Shown here: piece after piece, positions 16,396 to 27,043 of the stretch
Position numbering within the stretch: position 1 is the stretch's first letter
Layout of the letters: each line of letters begins with the position of its first letter
Assembly: GCA_030627085.1 (NCBI GenBank)
Contig: DAOUSS010000001.1
Coordinates: 1 to 61,675, forward strand
Source of the DNA: Candidatus Stahliibacteriota bacterium
GTDB taxonomy: Bacteria; Hydrothermota; UBA3073
Length of the DNA stretch: 61,675 nucleotides
Direction: 5' to 3'
Notes under the pieces: model-generated
The model's database searches: none
What the model was told of the DNA's origin: nothing
Seen by the model: the letters and a program-made list of their open reading frames with translations, nothing else
Made by a program: the position numbers and the translations under genes

Positions 16396-17037
16396 ATGAG
16401 CATATTATTCATGGATATAGAGACAATTCCTGGTGGAGAGAGTGCAAAGGAGTATCTGGAAAAACAAATGCCCCCGCCAACAGGTGCCTTGACTTTTGAT
16501 GATATTAAAAAATGGGAAGAGGTGGAAAAACCTGAAAAACTTCAAAAGGCATTTGAAAAGACATCTCTCTCTGGCGATTTTGGACAGATTATATGTATTG
16601 CCTGTATTAAAGAGAAGTCAGATGGTCTTGAGAAGAGGATATTCAAAGGAGATGAAAAAACACTGTTGAAAGAATTCTGGGAATTCTGTCGGGATGTTAC
16701 CCTTTTCGTGGGGCATAATATTCTTGATTTTGATTTAAAATTTATAATAAAAAGATGTATAATACATGGAATAAAGCCATGCGTCCAGATAAACTTTGCA
16801 AGATATAGGCGTGATATGGTATTTGATACAATGTGGGAATGGGAAAGGTGGAGCGGGAGGATTTCATTAGATAAGCTTGCATATATTCTTTCCCTGCCTA
16901 CGTCAAAGACCACAATGGATGGTAGCCAGGTTTATGACTACTATAAACAGGGAAGGATTGATGAGATATGCGAATATTGTATGAGGGACACCGAACTTGT
17001 AAGAAAAATATACAAAAAGATGAATTTTCTGGAATAA
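16396..17037 (+). CDS. stand-alone DEDDy 3'-5' exonuclease, PolB-exonuclease-like (RNase H fold)
   Basis: ExoI FMDIET, ExoII GHNILDFD, ExoIII YCMRDTE. ATG 16396 (MSILFMDIET) preferred over the track start 16333. Confidence 0.65.
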   Translation: MSILFMDIETIPGGESAKEYLEKQMPPPTGALTFDDIKKWEEVEKPEKLQKAFEKTSLSGDFGQIICIACIKEKSDGLEKRIFKGDEKTLLKEFWEFCRDVTLFVGHNILDFDLKFIIKRCIIHGIKPCVQINFARYRRDMVFDTMWEWERWSGRISLDKLAYILSLPTSKTTMDGSQVYDYYKQGRIDEICEYCMRDTELVRKIYKKMNFLE

Positions 17038-17114
17038 GAATTTGTGTTTTCAGGTGTTTAGTTGGTTGGTTAGTTTGTTAGTTTGTTGGTTAGGGTAGGG
17101 AGGATAAAGGTCCA

Positions 17115-17771
17115 ATGACTATCTCCCAACGACCCATTAACCCAATAACCTATCCTATGCTATTGTATGTTATTCTTGACGAGAAGTGGCTTAAGGGAAG
17201 AAAAATAGAGGAAGTAGCGAGAAGACTCGCATCATCAGGCGTATCTATGATACAGTTGAGGGAGCCCAAAAAGGCAAGAGAAATCATAGAAGACGCAAGA
17301 AAGATAAAATCTGTAATACAAAACTATAATATACCACTTCTTGTCAATAATCGCCCCGACATTGCACTCGAGGCAGATGCAGGTGGCGTCCACATCGGTC
17401 AGGATGATGTCTCTATATATACTGCTAGAAAGATACTCGGCAAGAGTAAATTGATAGGTGTATCTGTCCATTCACTTGAAGAAGCACTTCTGGCGGAAAA
17501 AGAAGGTGCAAACTATCTTTCCTTTGGCTCCATATTTCCCTCAAAAACAAAGGAATCTGTTGTTCGTTCCACTTCCATCCTTAGAAAGATAAAGAAAACA
17601 GTCGGTATTCCCGTTTTTGCAATAGGTGGTATAACCCTTGAGAACATAGATCTGGTTATAAAAGACGACATTGATGGCATTTGTGTATCAAGAGATATTT
17701 TGGACAGAGAGGATATTGAAAAAAGGGTAAAGGAATATCTAAAAATGCTAACGCATATTCTGAGAGATTAG
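17115..17771 (+). CDS. thiE: thiamine-phosphate synthase
   Basis: LYVILDE, IQLREPK, GGVHIGQDD, GVSVHS, FAIGGI motifs. The start could instead be ATG 17157. Confidence 0.85.
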   Translation: MTISQRPINPITYPMLLYVILDEKWLKGRKIEEVARRLASSGVSMIQLREPKKAREIIEDARKIKSVIQNYNIPLLVNNRPDIALEADAGGVHIGQDDVSIYTARKILGKSKLIGVSVHSLEEALLAEKEGANYLSFGSIFPSKTKESVVRSTSILRKIKKTVGIPVFAIGGITLENIDLVIKDDIDGICVSRDILDREDIEKRVKEYLKMLTHILRD

Positions 17772-17773
17772 TT

Positions 17774-18304
17774 ATGGAAGATGAAGTCCTTGTTAAACGG
17801 GCAAAGGCAGGGGATAAGTATTCATTCGAAGTTCTTGTAAAAAGACACGAGAGAAAGGTATACAACTCGGCATATAGGATTTTACATAACAGTGATGATG
17901 CGATGGATATAATGATGGAAACTTTTTACATTGCTTATACCCGTCTATCTTCTTTAAAAATTGAGGCGAAATTCGGTTCATGGCTTATCGGAATTGCGAG
18001 AAATCTTGCACTTATGAGATTAAGAAGCAAAAAGAAGGAAATTTCAATTGAAGAACCTGAGGTTAGGAAGAGACTTTCTGTCCCATTTGATGACGAAGTA
18101 ACAAGAGAGGAATTGAAAAAAATTATTGAAAGAGAGATAGAAAACTTACCCTACAAATACAGAGAGGCATTTGTTTTGAGGGAGATAATGGGATTTCCTT
18201 ATGGAAGGATAACAAAAGAGCTTGGCATCTCTCAAAGTAATGCAAAGGTAAGGGTATCAAGGGCAAAGGCACTCTTAAGAACAAGACTAATGAGAATCCT
18301 TTAA
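17774..18304 (+). CDS. ECF-type RNA polymerase sigma-70 family factor
   Basis: Region 2 (FEVLVKRHERKVYNSAYRIL.N..DAMD) and region 4 HTH (ELGISQSNAKVRVSRAKALLR). No adjacent anti-sigma gene. Confidence 0.85.
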   Translation: MEDEVLVKRAKAGDKYSFEVLVKRHERKVYNSAYRILHNSDDAMDIMMETFYIAYTRLSSLKIEAKFGSWLIGIARNLALMRLRSKKKEISIEEPEVRKRLSVPFDDEVTREELKKIIEREIENLPYKYREAFVLREIMGFPYGRITKELGISQSNAKVRVSRAKALLRTRLMRIL

Positions 18305-18321
18305 AGTCATTCCAAAACACT

Positions 18322-20289
<1,968 letters not shown>

Positions 20290-20291
20290 TT

Positions 20292-20320
20292 ATTATAACA
20301 CATTTTTCGGCGATTGTCAA
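20292..20320 (-). promoter_or_regulatory. sigma70-type promoter TTGACA-N17-TATAAT (minus strand) for gyrB
   Basis: Plus-strand attata 20292-20297 and tgtcaa 20315-20320 with a 17-nt spacer. Confidence 0.6.
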
Positions 20321-20330
20321 GAAAAATTAA

Positions 20331-20551
20331 CCACGAATCTATACGAATTAATCAAATAACACGAATAATTTTAAAAATTAAGAGAAGAAAATTTGTGTAG
20401 CCTGCCCCGTTAGATGCTCTTGTCCCGCTCGCCCCGTTAGATGACAGAGTCTATCTAACGGGGTAAAATGCTCGCTATCTAATGGGATGCTATCTAACAG
20501 GGTGAATACCATTCGTGTGCATTCGTGGTATAATTTCCTATGCTATCAAGG
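20331..20551 (+). repeat. composite intergenic element, copy A (cacgaat array / TTAGAT hairpins / attcgtg array / tggtataatttcctatgc(t)atcaagg)
   Basis: The ends align almost base for base with 21693-21840. The centre is expanded with additional ccccgttagat/atctaacgggg hairpin units (20405-20502). Confidence 0.85.
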
Positions 20552-20605
20552 AGAAAAATCGTGTGGTATGATACAGGTAGAAAAAATACAGGTTATGTAA
20601 GTTCG

Positions 20606-21667
20606 TTAGAATTTGCGTTTTTTTAGATAATCTATAAACTGCAGAAAGAAACCTTTGTATTTAAGAGGCGACGAAAGAAGGGATTCTCGTGCAAGTTCTG
20701 TATAATATTCAATTCTCTTCTGTGAATAGTCAACTGCACCACAATCTACCATAATATTTTTTATTCTTTCCATATCATCTTCACTCACATTACTACCTAA
20801 TTTAGCTTTCAAGAACTTTTTCTCCTTTGATCCAGCATTTTTAAATACATAGATAACTAAAAGGGTCTTTTTACCCTGTCTTATATCGGACGATGTGGGT
20901 TTGCCTGTTTTTTTGTTGTCGCCAAATGTGCCAAGGATATCATCGGTTATCTGAAAAGCCCTTCCAATAAGTTTTCCGTATTCCCTGAGCATTTTAAGAT
21001 CCTTAAGTCCTCCAAATATTCCTCCAAGAACGAGAGGCAGACAGGTGGTATAACTTCCCGTTTTTAAGTCCACCATACGTATAAATTCATTTTCATCCAC
21101 ATCTCCGCGTTTTTCCAGAATTATATCCATAAGTTCTCCTCTGAAACACTGCTCGCATGCAAGGGCAAATTCCTTAAGAGCCATTGCCTTCATTCTGCTG
21201 GGGAATGGGGATTCCAGAATTGGCAAAAGTGCCAGAGACGAAAACACATCACCGCCTATCAATGCACAGGAAAGACCAAAGTGGGTAAAATCTCGGTCTC
21301 GTAATAATTCTCTATCATTTTCTTCCATAAATCTTTCTACCATCTTATGAAAACTTGGTCCTCCTCGTCTTGTATCATCTCTGTCAATAATATCATCATG
21401 TATAAGGAGATAATTTTCAACAAATTCCATAGAAAGTGAAGCATTTATTATGGCATCTATATTTTCTCTCCCGGATGCCTTGTAAGCCTCTACCATAAGA
21501 ATTGGGCGAAGCCTCTTCCCTCCTCTCATAGCAAAATCAATAAGGAGACTATACAATTTTTCGTTATACCAATCGCCTGCTACCCTTTTCTTATCTTCGA
21601 GAAATCTAAAAAGCCTTTCATTTATCTTCTTTTTTACCTCTTCCACCTCTTGCTGAAATGACAACAT
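20606..21667 (-). CDS. trans-polyprenyl diphosphate synthase (FPP/GGPP synthase family)
   Basis: FARM LIHDDIIDRDDTRRG and SARM FQITDDILG. ATG 21667 (MLSFQQE) sits behind ggagg. The track N-terminal extension is repeat DNA. Confidence 0.85.
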   Translation of the reverse strand: MLSFQQEVEEVKKKINERLFRFLEDKKRVAGDWYNEKLYSLLIDFAMRGGKRLRPILMVEAYKASGRENIDAIINASLSMEFVENYLLIHDDIIDRDDTRRGGPSFHKMVERFMEENDRELLRDRDFTHFGLSCALIGGDVFSSLALLPILESPFPSRMKAMALKEFALACEQCFRGELMDIILEKRGDVDENEFIRMVDLKTGSYTTCLPLVLGGIFGGLKDLKMLREYGKLIGRAFQITDDILGTFGDNKKTGKPTSSDIRQGKKTLLVIYVFKNAGSKEKKFLKAKLGSNVSEDDMERIKNIMVDCGAVDYSQKRIEYYTELARESLLSSPLKYKGFFLQFIDYLKKRKF

Positions 21668-21692
21668 ATCTTTTCCTCCAAGAAAAAAGCTA

Positions 21693-21840
21693 ATCACGAA
21701 TCCGCACGAATTAATCAAATAACACGAATAATTTTAAAAATTAAAAGAAGAAAATTTGTGTAGCCTGCCCCGTTAGATGTTTGCTATCTAACGGGGTGAA
21801 TACCATTCGTGTGCATTTGTGGTATAATTTCCTATGCAAT
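21693..21840 (+). repeat. composite intergenic element, copy B
   Basis: atcacgaatccgcacgaattaatcaaataacacgaataattttaaaaatt...cctgccccgttagatgtttgctatctaacggggtgaataccattcgtgtgcatttgtggtataatttcctatgcaat, with a hairpin at 21768-21796. Confidence 0.85.
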
Positions 21841-21843
21841 AAA

Positions 21844-22947
21844 TTAAATTACTTTATCTGGTTGAACAAGCAGCGATTTGTAAACTCTCTCCACCCTATC
21901 AGTTATCCTCTTCCAGGAGAATCCAACAGCATATTCTCTACCCCTTCTCCTCATCGTTTCCCGTAATTCCCTATTCTCTGCAAGTCTTACGATGGCGGAT
22001 GCTATTGCCTGCGAGTTTTGTTTTTCCACGAGTGTCCCCGTATTACTATCCTTTATAACACATCTGTAACCCGGTATAGAGGATGCTACAACAGGTACCC
22101 CACTCGCCATAGCCTCGAGAAGTACAATCCCGAAACTTTCGTTCCCGGTCGCAGGACTGCAGAACACATCAGCGGAAGCATAGAATCGGGGAATTTGTGA
22201 TAGATGGACACATTTTCGTAGAACTATATCATTTGAGTATCTCCTGGGAACCTTAAAACTACCACTGCCAACTATAATAAGTCTTGCATCAGGAACTTGT
22301 TTCTTTATTATCGGAAATGCGGAAAGCAGGTACTTCAAGCCCTTTCTGGGTTCGAATCTCCCAATAAAGAGTATATTAAATCTTCCCTTAAATTCCGGCA
22401 GAGGCTCAACTTCCAGATTAAACCTATCTATATCCACTCCGTTTGGGATTATTATATACTTGCCGGGAAAAAACGTTGATATAGACTTCTCTGCAATCTT
22501 TGAGACAGCTATTCTCGCATCAAGTTTGTTAAAATATTTCATTAAATACCTCTTTGACATCTCATACGCAAGACTCCTGTCGTAAGCTGCGTGAACAGTG
22601 ATGACATTCCTGGTATCGGAATATTTTAGTGCAAGAATTGGAAGTACGGGCACAAAACTGTGAATATGAATTATATCAAATCCTCTTTTAACCACTTCGT
22701 TTACCTGTTTTTGTATATCCCATGTAACTGCAATCTGCGAACGGGAACGATTTGCCATGATAGGTAAAGCCTTTCCAACCCTTACAACTGGGGGAAATCT
22801 ATTTACCTCATCATCTCCATCCATATGCGGTGCCATTATAGTAACAGTGTGCCCTCTCTTCATTAGTTCACAAGACATATGATATATATGTTCCGAAATA
22901 CCCCCAAGATGGGGGTAATACACATCTGATACCATCAATATCCGCAT
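21844..22947 (-). CDS. GT4-family (GT-B fold) glycosyltransferase
   Basis: MRILMVSDVYYPHLGGISEH N-terminus and the C-terminal ESFGIVLLEAMASGVPVVAS (EX7E region). Confidence 0.85.
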   Translation of the reverse strand: MRILMVSDVYYPHLGGISEHIYHMSCELMKRGHTVTIMAPHMDGDDEVNRFPPVVRVGKALPIMANRSRSQIAVTWDIQKQVNEVVKRGFDIIHIHSFVPVLPILALKYSDTRNVITVHAAYDRSLAYEMSKRYLMKYFNKLDARIAVSKIAEKSISTFFPGKYIIIPNGVDIDRFNLEVEPLPEFKGRFNILFIGRFEPRKGLKYLLSAFPIIKKQVPDARLIIVGSGSFKVPRRYSNDIVLRKCVHLSQIPRFYASADVFCSPATGNESFGIVLLEAMASGVPVVASSIPGYRCVIKDSNTGTLVEKQNSQAIASAIVRLAENRELRETMRRRGREYAVGFSWKRITDRVERVYKSLLVQPDKVI

Positions 22948-22974
22948 ATATAAAATAAATCAAATATAAAAATT

Positions 22975-23189
22975 AACCGCAGAGGTCGCAGAGGCCACAG
23001 AGAACACAGATAGCTCAAAGCTTAAATATCAAAATTACCGCCCGGCAGGCATACTACATCTTGAATTTTTGTCCTTTCCGTCGGGAGGTAACTCCCGACG
23101 GCACAGAGGGGGTAACTCCCGACGGCATAGAGGGTCGCGTGGTGTCAAGAGTTACCGACCCAGTGGTGTCAGGAGTTACCTCCTGACAC
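22975..23189. repeat. intergenic repeat block: 9-bp cgcagag/cacagag array plus three GC-rich hairpins
   Basis: aaccgcagaggtcgcagaggccacagagaacacagatag (22975-23013); ccgtcgggag-gtaa-ctcccgacgg (23078-23101) with a second ggtaactcccgacgg copy; gtgtcaggag-ttac-ctcctgacac (23166-23189). Confidence 0.8.
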
Positions 23190-23229
23190 AAATTCCTGCA
23201 GGCTGGAAAATATAAGATGATCACTGAAA

Positions 23230-24150
23230 TCACGCCCTCCTCAAAAGATAGAGGAAAAATGGCACGCCAAATATTGATGTAACAACCCCGACGGGAAGTT
23301 CATATACAGCGATACCCCTCGCAACCATATCTGAAAAAACAAGAAGGATTGCACCCATAATCGCAGAGCCAGGAATAAGAATACGGTGGTCAGGGCCCAA
23401 AAGAAGTCGTGTTATGTGCGGAACCATAAGACCTATAAATCCTATTGCCCCGCACATTGAAACAACAAGCCCTACTATAACTGAGCCAAGTATAAATATC
23501 TCCCTTTTAAGGCGTTCAACATCCACGCCTATGGAGATTGCTTCTTCTTCTCCAAGGGAGAGAATGTTCAACTCTTGAGAACGAAGCCAGATTATAAAAG
23601 AAGCAATGGTAACGATTACCGCAGAAACGACGAAGCCTATAAGAAGTTTTTTGTCCCATATCACTCCAAGCCAACCCATAAGGAGATATATCATCTCATC
23701 GAGACTTCTGCCGCCAATTGTCATAAATAGCATAACAAGAGATGACGCAAGTGTGCCACATACAACCCCTGAAAGGAGCAGTGCCTCTCTTTCAAGTCTA
23801 CCCGCAATTGTAGCCAGCTTTTCTACAACAAATATGGTAACAAGCGCTCCTGCAAATGCAAATATCTGAACAGGCCCGAGACCGGAAAGAATTGCAACAG
23901 TGGCTCCAAGGCAAGCCCCCCCCGAGACCCCTATTATATAAGGATCGGCAAGGGGGTTGCGTAACATTCCCTGAAATGCGGAACCGACAATACCAAGCGC
24001 ACCACCGGCGAATATTGCCAGAATAAGCCTGGGTAATCTCAACTGGGTGACAATAGAAATGGAAGGAAGTGAGGTGCTAGCAAAAAGAGAGATAAGCGAT
24101 ATACAGATGAGCAGGGAAAAAAGAATTAAAAATGTACGAATATTTCTCAT
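23230..24150 (-). CDS. FecCD/BtuC-family ABC transporter permease (iron-siderophore/cobalamin type)
   Basis: About 9 TM helices and the signature LRNPLADPYIIGVSGGA. No cognate ATPase or binding-protein gene lies nearby. Confidence 0.85.
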   Translation of the reverse strand: MRNIRTFLILFSLLICISLISLFASTSLPSISIVTQLRLPRLILAIFAGGALGIVGSAFQGMLRNPLADPYIIGVSGGACLGATVAILSGLGPVQIFAFAGALVTIFVVEKLATIAGRLEREALLLSGVVCGTLASSLVMLFMTIGGRSLDEMIYLLMGWLGVIWDKKLLIGFVVSAVIVTIASFIIWLRSQELNILSLGEEEAISIGVDVERLKREIFILGSVIVGLVVSMCGAIGFIGLMVPHITRLLLGPDHRILIPGSAIMGAILLVFSDMVARGIAVYELPVGVVTSIFGVPFFLYLLRRA

Positions 24151-24188
24151 AAGGGCGTCAAATAGTAAACAGCAGATTATGTCTCTCC

Positions 24189-25172
24189 TTAACTTAAGTA
24201 GTCAAATCCTATTTTCTGCTTCACTTCCCTTAATGTTCTCTCTGCCAGAACCCCCGCCTTTTTTGAGCCCTCGATTATCACATCCATCACATAATCCTTT
24301 TTATCTTTGAATCTCTCTATTTTCTCTCTCACGGGTGTAAGTTCTTTGACTATATTGTCAAATAGTATTCGCTTACAGTCAAGGCAACCTATAGAGGCGT
24401 TTCTACACCCTTTTTCAACATATGTAAGTTCTTCTCTGTTGGAAAATGCCTTATGGTAGGATTTGAATATATTGCAGTCATTGGGCTCCCCTGGATCCTG
24501 TCTCTTTTTCCTCCTGGTGTCTGTAACTGCAGGTGCGAGTTTCTTCCATATTTCATCTGGTGATTCGTCGAGGTAGATACAGTTACCGAGCGTCTTTGAC
24601 ATCTTGTTTGTTCCATCAAGTCCAAGCATCCTTGGCCTCACAATCTCCTTTGGCTCTGGAAAGGTCTCTCCAAACCTCTTGTTAAATTCTCTTGCAATCT
24701 CCCTTGTCAATTCTATATGCGGAATCTGGTCGTCTCCAACAGGCACAAATTCTGCCTTATATATAAGTATGTCTACCGCCATAAGAACGGGGTAGTCCAA
24801 CAGTCCCATATTTACATTACCCTTCTGCTGGGACGCCTTCTCCTTAAAGGTTGGAACCCTTATAAGTTCTTGTACAGGTGAGATACAGTTGAATATCCAG
24901 GTGAGTTCAGCATGCTGGGGGACGAGTGACTGAAGCATTACTATGGATTTTTCGGGGTCTATGCCAGAGGCGAGGAACCCCACGGCACAATCAAAAACTC
25001 TTTTCTTTATTTCCTGTGGAGAGAAAGGAACAGTAATGGCGTGATAATCAACTATACCAAAGACACAGTCATAATCGCTCTGAAGTTGTGCCCAGTTCTG
25101 TAAGGCACCGAGATAGTTACCTATATGCAGTCTGCCGGTAGGCTGCGCCCCGCTAAAAATCCTCCTTTTCAT
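24189..25172 (-). CDS. trpS: tryptophan--tRNA ligase
   Basis: GAQPTGRLHIGNYLGAL (HIGH-type) and KMSKT (NKMSKTLGN). C-terminal Cys motif C233-x22-C256-x6-C263-x2-C266. Confidence 0.95.
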   Translation of the reverse strand: MKRRIFSGAQPTGRLHIGNYLGALQNWAQLQSDYDCVFGIVDYHAITVPFSPQEIKKRVFDCAVGFLASGIDPEKSIVMLQSLVPQHAELTWIFNCISPVQELIRVPTFKEKASQQKGNVNMGLLDYPVLMAVDILIYKAEFVPVGDDQIPHIELTREIAREFNKRFGETFPEPKEIVRPRMLGLDGTNKMSKTLGNCIYLDESPDEIWKKLAPAVTDTRRKKRQDPGEPNDCNIFKSYHKAFSNREELTYVEKGCRNASIGCLDCKRILFDNIVKELTPVREKIERFKDKKDYVMDVIIEGSKKAGVLAERTLREVKQKIGFDYLS

Positions 25173-25178
25173 ATGGGA

Positions 25179-25207
25179 ATTATATCACATTATTTAGCCT
25201 TTGTCAA
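25179..25207 (-). promoter_or_regulatory. sigma70-type promoter TTGACA-N17-TATAAT (minus strand) abutting the trpS ATG
   Basis: Plus-strand attata 25179-25184 and tgtcaa 25202-25207. The A of the ATG (25172) is the 7th nt after the -10, which predicts a leaderless mRNA. Confidence 0.6.
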
Positions 25208-25248
25208 GGAAAAAAGTGAGCAGGTTGCGTAACATCTGTGGTTTTTTC

Positions 25249-25277
25249 TTGACAATTGGATTATTTTACGTTATAAT
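25249..25277 (+). promoter_or_regulatory. sigma70-type promoter TTGACA-N17-TATAAT for the efflux operon
   Basis: ttgaca 25249-25254, 17-nt spacer, tataat 25272-25277. Divergent from the trpS promoter. Confidence 0.6.
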
Positions 25278-25424
25278 ACTTCAAATTCTGAAATATCATC
25301 TGTTAAAGGAAGGGGGTTTCAAGAAGCGGTCGAGGCATTTCCCGTAAGGACAGAAAAGAGGAACTAGAAGGCATTGAAAGGTTAAAGACATCCTATAACA
25401 AAAGGATGTCTGATTACACAGATT

Positions 25425-25574
25425 ATGGAGAATAGACATCCTCTTACAGAACGAATAATAGCCTGTTGTTATAGAATTCACTCTGAATTAGGGCCAGGAT
25501 TTAATGAGAAAGTATATCACACTGCTCTGAAATTGGCTCTTAATCGAGGAAGGTTAAATTATGAATCGGTGTAA
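25425..25574 (+). pseudogene. truncated GxxExxY-family (PD-(D/E)XK-like) gene fragment
   Basis: Encodes MENRHPLTERIIACCYRIHSELGPGFNEKVYHTALKLALNRGRLNYESV*, which matches only the N-terminal third of the intact paralog at 38526-39065 (LTNRIIKACINVHTQLGPGFLESIYHKALEIELKKQGL). Confidence 0.65.
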
Positions 25575-25607
25575 TCAGGTATAATGAACATCATACCAGG
25601 GGGAGTT

Positions 25608-27014
25608 ATGAATCCAAGGACTTACATCTTGGTTTGTGTTCTATTTTCTGTATTCTTTTTATGGAATGAAGCGGTCCCTTTCGAGGGAAATGAAGCGGTT
25701 ATCACTCTCCCGGAGGCAATTGAGATGGCTCTGGAGCACAACGAGGGTATCCTCGGGGCAAGGGATGCGGTGAGAGAGGCGGAGGCGAGCGTGGTTATTG
25801 CAAGGTCAGGATTTCTGCCAAAAATAAGTGCTCAAGTGAGCTACACCAGACTTGCAGAACTTCCCGCAATTGAAATGGAGGCACCGAAATATGGCATGAT
25901 GGAGGTACCTGTATTTGGTCCCATGGGAGATACAATAGGTTTCACTGTTGTGCCCGGTATCGTGGGTACAGATATTATGAAGTACCAGATGGGAGAGACC
26001 AAAAATTATGTGGGAAGGACATCACTACAGCAGCCCCTCTTTACCTGGGGAAAGATTTCAAATGGCTATCAAATCGCGAATTTGAATGTAGAAGCATCAC
26101 AAGAAGATTACAGAAAACAGAAAAATGAATTGGTTTTCAATGTCACAAAATCATTCTATGGTATTCTTGTAATGAGAGAGCTTGTAAAATTGACTGAAGA
26201 GGCGTACAAACAGACCGCAAATCACATGGATGCCGTGGAAAAAAGATATAAGGCGGGAGTTGCATCGAACTTCGACCTCTTAAGAGCAAAGGTTCAACTC
26301 AAGAATATGGAACCTCAGGTGATCAAGGTCAAAAATGGTTTAGAGCTCGCGAAAACCGGATTCAAGGCACTCCTTGGTCTACCGCAAGACACAATAATCA
26401 ACTTGGAAGGAGAGCTGGATGTAGATGTGGGGACACAATATATTGTGCCCCTACAGGAGAGTATAGATTATGCTAAGTCAAACCGTCCTGAGGTGAAGGC
26501 TCTGGAATTAAGAAAAGAGATGGCGGGCAAGGCACTTGCAATTGCAAAGAAGGCAAACTGGCCCAACATAGCCCTCACCGCAAATTATGACTACAAGAAA
26601 CCAGTTTACTTCAAGAATGAGTGGGGGACAGATTGGAATATCACAGTTGCTTTACAGATGCCTATATTTACAGGGTTTGGAAATCTTGGAAAAACACGAC
26701 AGGCAAAGTATCAGTTCTCCCAGGCAGAACATGGACTCAATCTACTAAAGGAAGGCATAGAAATGGAGGTAAGGGCATCTTACCTCCAGCTTGAGGAGGC
26801 AAAAAAAATTGTAGAATCTCAAAAAGAAAATATTGCACAGGCAGAAGAAGCGCTTTCAATTGTGGAAGAGAGATATAAACAGGGTCTTGCTACTTCGTTG
26901 GAAGTAATGGATACACAGCTTGCCGTGACGAAAGCAAAGACGAACTGGCTCCAGTCACTATCAGATTACTTAATAGCGAAGGCAAAATTAGAAAAAGCAA
27001 TAGGGAAACAGTAA
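25608..27014 (+). CDS. TolC-family outer-membrane efflux protein
   Basis: Signal peptide, LPEAIEMALEHNEGILGA start of the OEP repeat, and a second repeat (IDYAKSNRPEVKAL). ATG 25608 follows gggggag. Confidence 0.85.
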   Translation: MNPRTYILVCVLFSVFFLWNEAVPFEGNEAVITLPEAIEMALEHNEGILGARDAVREAEASVVIARSGFLPKISAQVSYTRLAELPAIEMEAPKYGMMEVPVFGPMGDTIGFTVVPGIVGTDIMKYQMGETKNYVGRTSLQQPLFTWGKISNGYQIANLNVEASQEDYRKQKNELVFNVTKSFYGILVMRELVKLTEEAYKQTANHMDAVEKRYKAGVASNFDLLRAKVQLKNMEPQVIKVKNGLELAKTGFKALLGLPQDTIINLEGELDVDVGTQYIVPLQESIDYAKSNRPEVKALELRKEMAGKALAIAKKANWPNIALTANYDYKKPVYFKNEWGTDWNITVALQMPIFTGFGNLGKTRQAKYQFSQAEHGLNLLKEGIEMEVRASYLQLEEAKKIVESQKENIAQAEEALSIVEERYKQGLATSLEVMDTQLAVTKAKTNWLQSLSDYLIAKAKLEKAIGKQ

Positions 27015-27039
27015 GGAGTAAACAGTAAGGAGTAAGCAG
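27009..27039. repeat. heptamer array (agtaagg-type), 5' arm of the stem enclosing the four-helix-bundle ORF
   Basis: cagtaaggagtaaacagtaaggagtaagcag. Its reverse complement matches 27437-27453 perfectly over 17 nt and partially beyond. It overlaps the tolC stop codon. Confidence 0.85.
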
Positions 27040-27043
27040 AGGA

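Noticed and set aside
17038-17114. TPP riboswitch expected upstream of thiE.
   Set aside because: The 77-nt spacer is only a gttagtt-type repeat. No CUGAGA / ACCUGAUCUGGAUAAUGCCAGCG-like THI-box elements are visible.
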